DNA of 64,000 nt from Epiperipatus broadwayi (Eukaryota > Animalia > Onychophora), in contig JAQFVV010000005.1 in assembly GCA_028023455.1 (NCBI GenBank), forward strand, positions 19,096,001-19,160,000, written 5' to 3'. The notes below the pieces were generated by a model. The model did not search any database and was not told the DNA's origin. It worked only from the letters and a program-made list of their open reading frames with translations. How positions within the stretch are numbered: position 1 is the stretch's first letter; every line of letters begins with the position of its first letter. Below, piece by piece: positions 53,235 to 64,000 of the stretch. Both the position numbers and the translations under genes were made by a program.

Positions 53235-54071
53235 TCATCATCATCATCAACCATTATCAATCCATTGCAGGATGAAGGTCTCTCCAAGTTCAATCCATCT
53301 TCTCTGATCTTTAGCTTCTCTTCTCCACATCACCCCTGCACACTTTCTTATTTCATCCATCCATCTCACATGTGGTCTCTTTCTGGGTCTTTTACAATCT
53401 CTTGGAAACCCAGTTTAAGATTTCAATTGTCCATCTATTATCATCTCTTCTAGCAATATGTCCAGCCCAACTCCACTTCAGTCATTTAATTTTTTCAATG
53501 AGGTCAGTAACACCTGTTTGTTCTCTTACCCATATATTGCATTTTCAATTTCTTCTTGTTCCTCCTAACATGCATCTCACCATACTTCTTTGTAGTCTGA
53601 ACTCTGTATTGCTACTTCTATTAAGTGTCCAAGTCTCAGATCCATAAGTAAGAACTGATAAAACACATTTATTAAAAACCTTTTTCAAACATATAAGCAT
53701 ATTTCATTTTAGTATAAAAGTTATTTCTACCAAAAGCACTCCAACCAAGTTTAATTCTATAATTAATTTCAGCCATTATGTTTCCATCTGTATTAATAAT
53801 CTGACCAAGGTATTTGTAGCTGTTAACTTCTTCTAACTCATCATAATCAATCTTTATTTTCATATTTTGAGAAAATCCATTAAACATTACTTTAGTCTTT
53901 TTAACATTTATCTTTAGTCCTACTTTCCTACTTTCATCTGATAACTTCTGCAACACTTTCTGCAACTCTAAAGCATTATTTGCAAAAACAACTACATCAT
54001 CTGCAAAAATTTAAATGACTTAAATAATCTCCATTTACTTTCACTCCTTTAGTTTCCCATTTTAATCCACA
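53235..54071 (-). mobile_element. RTE 3' fragment, same family as 6542-8347
   Basis: ORF 53672-53965; (GAT)n tail at 53235-53249. Confidence 0.9.
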
Positions 54072-54568
54072 AGAAGAGGGTGGGTCCCATCTTTTTCTTA
54101 TAGTTCTGACGTGTTTTAAAATTGAGAGTTCCACATGCAGTCATTATTACATCTGATTGGCTATCACATAAGCAATGTTTAAAGCACAACTTTCGAAGGT
54201 TTTAGCTTTCACATTATTACAATGTTATCTGCTTGCGCTTAATAAATTTGATATATTTACATTTGTTACTATCATTTCATTAGATTTAAAAATTTCTTCT
54301 TAGTAAATCGAAAGATTTCACATTGTTTATTTATATATAATATTTAGTAAATTAAATGTGAAGGTATTTTAAGCTTCACACTCTTAATTCGAAATGCTTG
54401 AGTCTGGCTTATTTATATATAAATTTAAGCATAGAAGAGGTGGGTCCCATCTTTTTCTTATAGTTCTGACTTGAGTTTTAGAATTGAGAGTTCCATGTGC
54501 AGTCATTATTACATCTGATTGGCTGTCACATAAGCATGTTTAAAGCGCATCTTTCGAAGGTTTTAGCT
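54072..54568. repeat. 136-bp direct repeats (54072-54207, 54433-54568)
   Basis: agaagagg(g)tgggtcccatc...tcgaaggttttagct in both copies. Confidence 0.88.
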
Positions 54569-57467
54569 ATCTAATGATTTAATAAATATTAAGTATTTAA
54601 TACTTGATTATATATATGTTTCTAAGCATACCTTTTAAAATTACATTACAGAAGTAGAAAACTTGTAGATCAAAATTCTACAATAATATGATATAATTCT
54701 TTTACTTATTTTTGCTTGGATTACTAAAATATCTAATTCAGCTTTAATAAAAGATAGTACTAAAATAAAATAAAGAGGTATACTAAAATAAGTAAGAATA
54801 TTATATTAAATGAAAAAAATGTTTTAATAAACTAAAATAATTTAGAACAATTTCAATAAAAACAAGAAGTAATGGAAATTTGATTTAATTACAATCTAAA
54901 AAATAGCATCCAAAAGAAAACGGTTTTAAATATCCATCCGAAAAAAAGTTTCTTGTCTAAGCAAGACTATGGTAAGTAAAGAATAGCATGTGATCACCAT
55001 TAATAATAGTTTACTATTAGGACAATCATATTTGACAAAATTCAATATTACTTTTGTACAACTTTTATGGAATGATGTCACTTTTATTAACATTAAATTT
55101 AGAAAGAAGTTGCTAGTTTTATTGGATATATCAGTTTTCTGAAAGTGTTGTGAATGATTAAAAATAAAAATCAAAAAGTTTGCTATTCAAGAGCTCATAT
55201 AAAGTTCAAGCACTGGAAATAAATAGCTAAGCCACAATCTATGAAACTTGAGCTGCAAAATCTGTCATCCTACCACTGCACCAGATCATGCAAAGCTACT
55301 AAATAAATAAAATTTATATATTAAAATAAAAATATTAATTCTCCTCATAATCATGAAAGAATAGTACTTAGTGTCTGATATAGATTAAATATAAAATTTT
55401 TAAATAATCTAACAATGAAGCAATATTCATACTACTTGGCCCAGAATGGCAGACTTCATGGAGATCTAAAATCTAATAGATCAGTTAATCTGATTTCATA
55501 TTTTGAATCTACTTCTTACAAATCATTCCTTAAAAAATTTCACTACCTATAAAAGCAGTTCAAATTTTCAAATATTAGCTCAAGTCTTACTGAGAAGAAA
55601 TCTATGCAGAAAAAAAAAATCTATTGGAAATGACAAAGACTTAAATTTCATTCATAGCAACAGCTTGCTGATATTAAAATGGAAATATTTGAAAGCATGA
55701 TTTATTTAGAAAACTAATTTTATAATTAATTACATTTTAAAATTAATTAAATTTAAGTCAAAACAAATAAATAATTAAACTTCAATGAGAAAAACTAGAT
55801 TAAATTATTTTTGTAATTATATAAAATCTTTATAATTAATTAAAGAATATACTCCAGATAATAATAAGTTCAGAAACACATAGAAGAGCAAATAGCAAAT
55901 AGAACTTTTGCCTCCTGCATAGCTAAAAATATTAATGTACTATTGGATTGCCATTGAGAGACAATCAAGTTGGCAGACAGAGAAGTACAAGAATGAGTAG
56001 ATATTTCCAGAATATGAAAAAATTCAAGATGTCTCATAAAACTCATACTACTTTTAATTATGATTTCTGAAAGCTACCAAATTGTGGTTGACTTACATTT
56101 TTATTATAATACATTTATATTATGTTATTCATCTATACTTGTTTCATATATCTAATCAACAATTCATTAAATTTATATTGTCATTTGGTCTAATTAAATA
56201 TATAGTCTGAACAAAACACTTCCCAATAGCAGATGTAGTAGAATAGTACAATTGTTAAATAAAGATTTCTCTGCAATGAATAAGATCGTAGCTGCTTATC
56301 TAGATAGATTAAAATAATAAAGCTTAAGAAAAAAAAACATCTACATAGACGTCATAATGAAAAGCCAAGTGTATTCGTTAGTAGGAATCCAATGTCTTGA
56401 AGACATAAGTCAACACTGACACGATCAGCTATATCTTCTGCAGTAGCCATCAGCAATATCCCACGAAATATTAAAATGAAATGTTTTATTCTATAAAAAT
56501 CTGCTTTTGCTTGTCGTCATCAAAAAATACTATTTAGAACATTTCATTCACTAGTTATTTATTATATATTTATTACAACTTATATAACAGATAGTATTTT
56601 GTATTTGGACGTTTCATTTAACTAGCTTTTCAATTATTTTAATATTTTTTCCACTTACTTTGCTATATAAGTAAAAAAAAAACATCGTATCCGAGAATAA
56701 AAAGGAACTTAATTTAAAAATTAAACAGATTTTGTTTGTTTGTTTGTGTACAATAATTATCGGTATTCAATTAATTGTAACGTAATTAAGGAAAACTTAT
56801 ATCTTTTTTTTTTCCTTTTAAAAATGTGCAACTGTTTTTGCAATATAATAATTCACTTAAAAATATATATCTATAAAGTAAAAATAATTGAACTAATTAA
56901 CTTTTTCTAGATTCTCTAGGGCGTAATTTTTCAATAAATAATTTTCAAACTTTTCCTCTCAATCAATTTTAATCAAATTGATGGCTAAAAGACTTAACTA
57001 ATAGTGCATTTAAGAAAATTACCTAGCAGATTGATTATTTCATTTGGGCAAAAAAAAAATGCTCTTACGTCATTACGTTGTCAAAACAAAATCGTACAGT
57101 ACGTACCATATAATTAGTATTTGATCGAATATGCAATGCAAGCAAATTCTTAATGATACATTTCTAAAAAATAATAAAGAATTATCATTTTTTAAATAAT
57201 AAAAAAGCAGAAAAAAATAAACAACCAAAAAGAAAAGTGCGTTATTGATTTGTCAATCAAATCATAATTTATCTTGATCGAGGTTTAACATTTGGCATGT
57301 ACGAACGACAATATTCCATCAGAAAATAAAAGCATTAACAACACTTATTTTATAAATTCATTTCATAAGTTTATAATTTTATTTGCTTTAAAGCAAGTAA
57401 GAAGTTCTTGTAATAAAATGCATTTGCTTATTTGCTAGTTACTCCGCTAAAAAAGAATTAATATTAC

Positions 57468-57481
57468 CTGTTATGAGCCAT
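57468..57481 (-). CDS. SYNRG: Probable first coding exon of synergin-gamma-like gene (MAHN-R)
   Basis: ATG GCT CAT AAC AG|gtaata; phase-2 donor fits the exon at 31671 (AG|A = Arg), giving MAHNRPPGPG; lies beside a CpG-rich region with an ETS-type motif. Confidence 0.5.
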
Positions 57482-57900
57482 ACTGGAAAGCTTAGTCTCT
57501 CTTTCACACCGGAAGTTTTGTCAATTTTGTTTACGTAGTTCTCTATGGCCACCGCTAATCAGCCAGTGTTATTGAAATGCAGGAGCCTCTCGTTTGTTTC
57601 TTCGACATTTAAGCAGTTTTAACGCGCTGATAAAATTCGCGTTTTAATAATCATAAAACCTAAATTTCCATTGCCACTTAGGTTCAAGCCTTACTTTAAA
57701 ATTTTATAGATATTACCGTCAAATTTTACTCCCCTTTTTTTTTTTTATTAATGCTCAGTATATATATAGTAATATAGAGAGCTTTCAAATGTCACTCGGC
57801 GTTATTCGCTACTCGTAATGAACTCTTGATATTTTCTTGAGATTAACAATATATGATTTATTTTTGATTAACTAAATATGTTCGCTACTTTGAATATTGA
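57482..57900 (-). promoter_or_regulatory. Probable promoter/5'UTR of the host gene
   Basis: Local CpG retention in a CpG-depleted window; CCGGAAGT ETS-type motif at 57509-57516, about 30 bp from the ATG. Confidence 0.5.
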
Positions 57901-58276
57901 GAAGTTGACGACAATTGGAAACTCAATGATTGGCTTGATTTTAGTACCTATTGTTTTAATTTCTGATAATTGTCAGTTTGCCACTTGTAACGATCACTGG
58001 TTTGATCTTTAATACAATATAGTTTGACTGCTGAATATGCGTTCGAACCAATAACCTGCACACAAATACCCAAATAATAATAATAATACAAATCATAATA
58101 TCCAAGTGAATGTCGAGGGTCTTCTCTTTCCAAGTATTAAAAATGTGTTGGCTTATTAAAAGCCATTATTTACTCTTCTTTATATTTTAAAAATGTTTTT
58201 TGTCAATTGTCTAAAGGCAGAGCTGTCTCGTCATTACAATCTGTTAAATGTTTTTTATTCTTTACTATTATAGTAC

Positions 58277-61200
58277 TGCTATGTCTGAGGGTTTCTCCTT
58301 TTCAGAAACCAATCAGCGAAAAATAAAACTAGTATACATTGTGACATTTTATATATAATTATTTATTAGTATAAATTAACCAATAACGAAAGGAGAGTGT
58401 TAGTATAATTACATAAATTATATTTAATGATGACAATAGCAAATTGTATGTTGCTTTATAAAGTCCAACTATCGTCTTATTACTATACTCGGAGTTGAAT
58501 ATTTTACTCAATTTCACTTGTGCTATTTACATTTTAGCGACCTTAGAAATAGTTTAGCTCCATTAACAGTCGCTTATTCTGCCTGCAGTTCTACTATTGT
58601 GCTTTGCGCTAGACTGTGCCGACTGCGCAGAAGAAAAACAACTAGGCTTTTTATAACCGTCAGTTTACGTAAAGATTGTAGTAGCGTTCTCTTTTATTTA
58701 TTTCATAAAGTAAATAATACACAAGACATACGTTAACTGGAGGAAACAAAAAGTACCACTTTAAATTCATTATCTCCCAATGCACAAACACTGCAGTCCT
58801 TTTCCCGCTCTAGAAATAAATGATCTATTCAGCAAACATAATCTTTAAAATTAATCGGTGGACGTTGTATTCTAGAAGCTTTAGGGATTTTCTCTATATT
58901 TTCAACTGTGGTGAGTTAATTCTGGTTATTGTTGTTCACACATAACTTTCTTTTTATCTGTTTCCAGATCAAGATCGCCACTAGGATCAGGTTCATCCAC
59001 ATACTTTTTATTCATCTTGTCTTCAGGTAATGTATTTAGGTAAACATCTGGTATAGAATTTTCATAACAATAGCAAAGGTGACTAATATATTTCCTGACT
59101 TTCTTGCCATTTTGTAAATTCACAAGATGTATTTGCCTTGACAATATTTGTGTTATAATGGCAGGGATCCATTTATGTTTTAACAAGTCATGCATCCAAA
59201 TTTTTTCACCTGGTAAGAATTTTGTAGCTTGAGGAATTTTACTACTCTTAGCACTGACTGGTAACAGCTGAGACAAATATGTGCGAAAAGAGTGACACAT
59301 TAATAACTGCTGGAGTCTTCCCAGTTGCCATATTAGGTGTAAAATGTTCCATATACATGGCTTGTACTAAGGCTTCAGACATGGTTTTTATATTTAATTT
59401 TCTTAAAATATACTTTAGATGTTGAGCTGTTTGCTCTGTGATACCATTACTTTCAGGATGTCACAGAGGCATAAGAATATGTTTTATTCCTCTGTTTTCT
59501 AAGAAATCTATAATTTTTTTTGATGTAAAGTCAGTACTGTTATCAGTTACAATTAATTCAGGGTAGCAGTTTATAGCAAATAACTCATTTAAAATACTGA
59601 TAGTACAATCAGCACTGGTATTCCTGACTAATTTATACTCGGTCCAATGAGAATAAGCATCTACTAAAAAAAGTATTAAATGTCTGTTCAGTGGACCAGC
59701 ATGTCCAAGGAGAAGTAGTTTTTTCCCATGTTTCCAATTGTTTGGATGGTAGCTTGGCTGTTGTTGACAATTAGAACATTTTTAACTAAGTTTTGATATT
59801 TTTAGTCAAATTAGGACATCACATATGATGTCTAGCAAGCCTTCATTCTTATGCCTCCCTTGATGTAATAGATTTAACACATGGGTTCTACCTTCAGTAG
59901 GAACAAGCATATGATCATTGTTCAAAATATATCCATTAGAAACAGAGAGTCCATCTCTTGCAGTCCAAAATTCTTTATTTACTACTGCAGGGCATTTCTT
60001 TGGCCACCCATATTTTATCCTCTGCATTAATTGGACATAACCTTTATCTCTCTTCATCCAATTCATTATGCCTGCACTGCTTACTTTTTTGAAATTCATT
60101 GTATCAATATAATTTCTTTAATTAAAAATACATTTTCCTTACTATCCGGTAATCTGGACAGAGCATCAGCATGTCCAATCTTATTTCCCAGTTTATAGAT
60201 CAATTGGAAATCACAATGAGATAATATATTTATCCATCATAAACATTTGTTGGCTTGAATGCTTAGGATTTTTTTCCCAGAGCCAAAAATTCCCATTAGT
60301 GGGTGATGATCAGTGTAAACAGTAAAACTTCACCCATAAATGTATTGAAGGTACTTTTTAACTGCAAAAACCACTGCCAATGCCTCTTTATCTATTTGGC
60401 TAAAAAAAAATTCAGCAGAAGTCAGCACTCTAGAGGGCATAAGCAATTGGATGTTCACCTTCATAGCATGGGTATGAAATCACAACTCCAACGCCGTATT
60501 CAGATGCGTCAGTAGCAATACTAACAGCTAAATCACTATGGTAATGTACCAATAGTGCCTCTGAAGTTAATAAATCTTTTTGCAGTTTTAAACTCCTTGT
60601 GTTTTCAAGCCCAACGTTGTTGTTTTTTAAGTAGTTGATACAACATTGATAATAAATGTGATTTTCCTTTCAGAAAGCTTTCATAAAAAATGAGAAGTCC
60701 TAGAAATGCTTGCAGTTCTTTTATATTTTTAGGCTTCTCTGCATTCTTTATAGCTTTTACTTTGTCTGAGTTTGGGTGGTGGCCTTTAGCATTTATAATG
60801 TGTCTGAGAAACTTACTTTCTCTCGTGGATCAAATACATTTATTAACATTTAATTTTGCCTTGGCTAATGCAAGTTTTGAACAAACTAGATCTACTCACT
60901 TTTCCAGCTCAGCTTCTGTAGTGCTGATGATCAAAATGCCATCCTGATAAAGGATTACACCATTTATGGATTTAAGTAACATATTCATTTTTGCCTGGAA
61001 ACCATTTAGTGCAACTGATATATCATAAGGTAATTTGTTACATTTAAATAATCCTTTATGAGTAGTTAAAGTGAGCAGCTCCACAGTATTTTCAATTACA
61101 GGTATTTAGTGGAAAGCTGCCTTCAAATCTATTTTGGAAAAGTAATTTGCCTTCTGCAATAATGCTAGCACTTCTCATAAACTCAGAACTGGATAAGATT

Positions 61201-63266
61201 CCTTGTTTATATACTTGTTAATAGTGATCCTATAATCACCGCATTAACAAATATTACCATCTGGTTTTATTTTAATCACTATTGGTGCACCCAGGATGAA
61301 TCTTCTATAGGTGTTAAAACTTCTTTAGTCACCAAATCATTTATTGTTTTTTTCTACTTTATCTCTTAATGCAAAAGGCACCTTATGAGGTTTACATACA
61401 ATCACTTTTGCTTTTTTTACCAGTTCCACGTCAATTAGTTTCATTCTAAGATTTGCCAATTCAGGTATAAATAACTCCGGATATATCTTTCTCATTATAG
61501 TTTCCACATGAACAGTCTTTAAAATATTCACATAAAATTCCTGAGGGAGCAAACCAATTTCTTCCTAGTAATGGGCTTATATATTTGTTTAGAACATATA
61601 ACAAGAAATCTTCACTTAGAATTTAACATTATTGGAACTGTAATGTTTCCCGAATGTTGACTTTGTTGTTGTTTATATCTGTTACTACAACAACTGTTTT
61701 AAGTAGATCAAACTTATTTTTATGGTCTTCTATAATCCCCATCCAGATTAATGACAAACCAGCACCAATATCGTTTTCCATAGTGACCTGTTTACCACAA
61801 ATTTGTAAATCATAAAGAATGTGATCCATTTTAGTTATGGTCTTGATAGTTGATTTTCTGTATTCCCCCTCTCCCCAAGATTTATAATCTGGGTTTTTCT
61901 TAGATGATTCACACTCTTTGGAATAGAAAACTGTGGCTAAGTGCCCTCTAGTGTTACAAATTCTGCATAATTTGTCTTTATGCCTGCAAATATTTTTTAC
62001 ATGTCCTGATTTACCACAGCAAGTACATTTTTGTTGTTTAATCCACCTACTGGAAATCGGAATGTTTTTTTTTGTTTTTTCCTTAATGAATGAAATCTTT
62101 TCAGGAGATTGAGACCTGATATATTCCAATGCTATATGTAATATGGCTTCTTGTGTAATGCATTTATCCATGGCATTTTTATACGTTAAATCCAGATCAC
62201 TCAATAAAACCTTTCTAAAATTATTGTTGGCCATACCATACAAGAATTGCTCCAGTAGAGAGTCATTAATTTCTGGACCAAAATCACAGTCTTTAGCTAA
62301 TTTTTTCTTAATGCTAAATCGAAGTCCACATATTTTTCCTGTGGCAACTGCATTCTATTTCTAAACCTAAACTGTGCTATCCATTTTGAAAATCTTGGAG
62401 CAAAATATTTATTTAATATTTGTATAAATTCTTGATATGATAGGTCTTCTGGACATTTGGGTCAATAAGCCTATTAGCCAATTGAATAATGTCTTGTCCC
62501 GCAAAATACAGAAATGTGGAAATTTTATAACAGTTGTCATCAATTTTGTTTATAAACATATAATATTCCACCTGCTCAATATTACTTTTCCATGAGTCAA
62601 TGTTATTTATGTTGAACTCGTGAATTGCTGAATTAAAAGCTGCCCTAATTTATTAATTTCTTCTACTGAGTCTATGAAGTGTATAAATCTACTTATGGTT
62701 TCCACGCTGTCAACTGCACCACTTTGTTATGTCTGATGGTTTTTCCTTTTTAAAAACCAGTCTCATAGTGAAAAATAAAACTGGTATACAATTGTATCAT
62801 TTTATATATATTTATTTATTAATACAAATTAACTAATAATGAAAGGAGAGTTTTAGTATAGTTACACAAATTATAGTTAATAATGAGAAAAGCAAATTTT
62901 ATGTTGCTTTATAGAGTCCAATTAACTTCTTATTACTACACTCAGCGTTGAATATTTTACACAGTTTCATTTCTTCTATTTACATTTTAGTGACCTTAGA
63001 AATAGTTTATCCATTTACGGCTCCATTAACAGATGCTTATTCTGCCTGCAATTCTACTATTGCACTTTCCACTGGACTGTGCAGAAGAAAAACAACTAGG
63101 CTTTTTATAAGTCAGTTTATTGTGCACAATTACAGATGTGTAAAGATTGTAGCAGCACTCTCTTTTATTTATTTCATAGAGTAAATAATACACAACATGC
63201 ATATTAACTGGAGGAAACAAAAAGTACCACTTTAAGTTCATTATCTCCCATTGCACAAACACTGCA
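58277..63266 (-). mobile_element. Full-length decayed Ty3/Gypsy retrotransposon with both LTRs
   Basis: LTRs 62725-63266 and 58277-58795 (TG...CA); PBS TGGTGCAG at 62721; PPT 58797-58810; TSD AGTAC/GGTAC; gag CCHC knuckles (61629-62243), protease-like ENDIGAG, RT (SKIDLKAAF, YQDGIL), integrase remnants. Confidence 0.92.
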
Positions 63267-63665
63267 GGTACTCAGATAACTGACTAGATCCACAGGTAGT
63301 GGGATGATTTTCAAATAAAAGAGTTACCAGCAAATAATAAATGAACTGCATCTAATTAAGATTATCATCTGATACTTTGTAAGGTAAAATATAGGTCATT
63401 AAAGAAAATATAGGTCATTAAAGACTAATACTGTTTATAATACAAGTAGTCTTTTTCGCCTCTTCAAATTATTTTGTTTTATCTTGAGTCACTTTGGGTA
63501 TGGCTGCTATGAGTTTGCCCTGCAATGGGATTATAAAACCATGTATCCATCCTCTGAACAACAACAATTTTGTCTCCAATCTTTCATGAATACATTTTCA
63601 CTATTCCTGTATTTATTAGAACATTTTTTAAATTTTCTAATTCACTCTTCCTTTCATATGTCAAA

Positions 63666-63737
63666 TGTGTTGACTGGCAAATGAACCTGGGCCAGCTGCT
63701 TGGAAGGCAGCTATGCTAACCACTAGGCTACCAACAC
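63666..63737 (-). pseudogene. tRNA-Gly(TCC) pseudogene
   Basis: GTGTTGGTAGCCTAGTGGTTAGCATAGCTGCC-TTCCAA-GCAGC...; acceptor and anticodon stems pair, T arm broken (CCAGG-TTCATTT-GCCAG), CpGs lost. Confidence 0.82.
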
Positions 63738-64000
63738 ATTGACTAATCCACTCTTCTTAAAGCGCTAAGCCATTTTAATTGCTATTAATTTATACAGCTT
63801 TACATAATAAGTGTGTTAGCACTATTTAAGATTATTATAATTTGGACAAGCATAAAGCATAAATCTATAATTTGTTACTTAATGTAAAAGTGATCTTACT
63901 CTTTATTTACCCACCTAATTTTAATTCCCATAACCACATCTCAAAAGCTTTTTCATGATTGTACTCTCAAAGAAAATATTTAGTCCATTTCTGTTAAATG

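Overview
AT-rich eukaryotic (probably arthropod; inference) DNA. Almost the whole window lies inside one minus-strand host gene whose small exons I reconstructed by hand (57481-57468, 31671-31640, 25465-25317, 22579-22488, 18279-18062, 307-140). They join in frame and resemble the N-terminus of synergin gamma (SYNRG); a CpG-retaining promoter lies at about 57.5-57.9 kb. The introns and upstream region are filled with mobile DNA: a full-length RTE LINE split by a 6.8-kb palindromic (foldback) element with Merlin-like ends, several Penelope-like elements (PLEs) and non-coding derivatives carrying minimal hammerhead-ribozyme motifs, three decayed Ty3/Gypsy elements, a second LINE, a hAT MITE and a tRNA-Gly pseudogene. 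Most notable: (i) the foldback element with about 3.2-kb arms and an 8-bp TSD; (ii) a TSD-flanked 463-nt hammerhead-containing non-coding retroelement with a perfect 129-bp hairpin; (iii) an 870-bp palindrome with a hammerhead motif at each end; (iv) 13 vs 2 CpGs in sibling LTRs, tracking distance to the promoter. All calls are from manual reading; no database searches were run.
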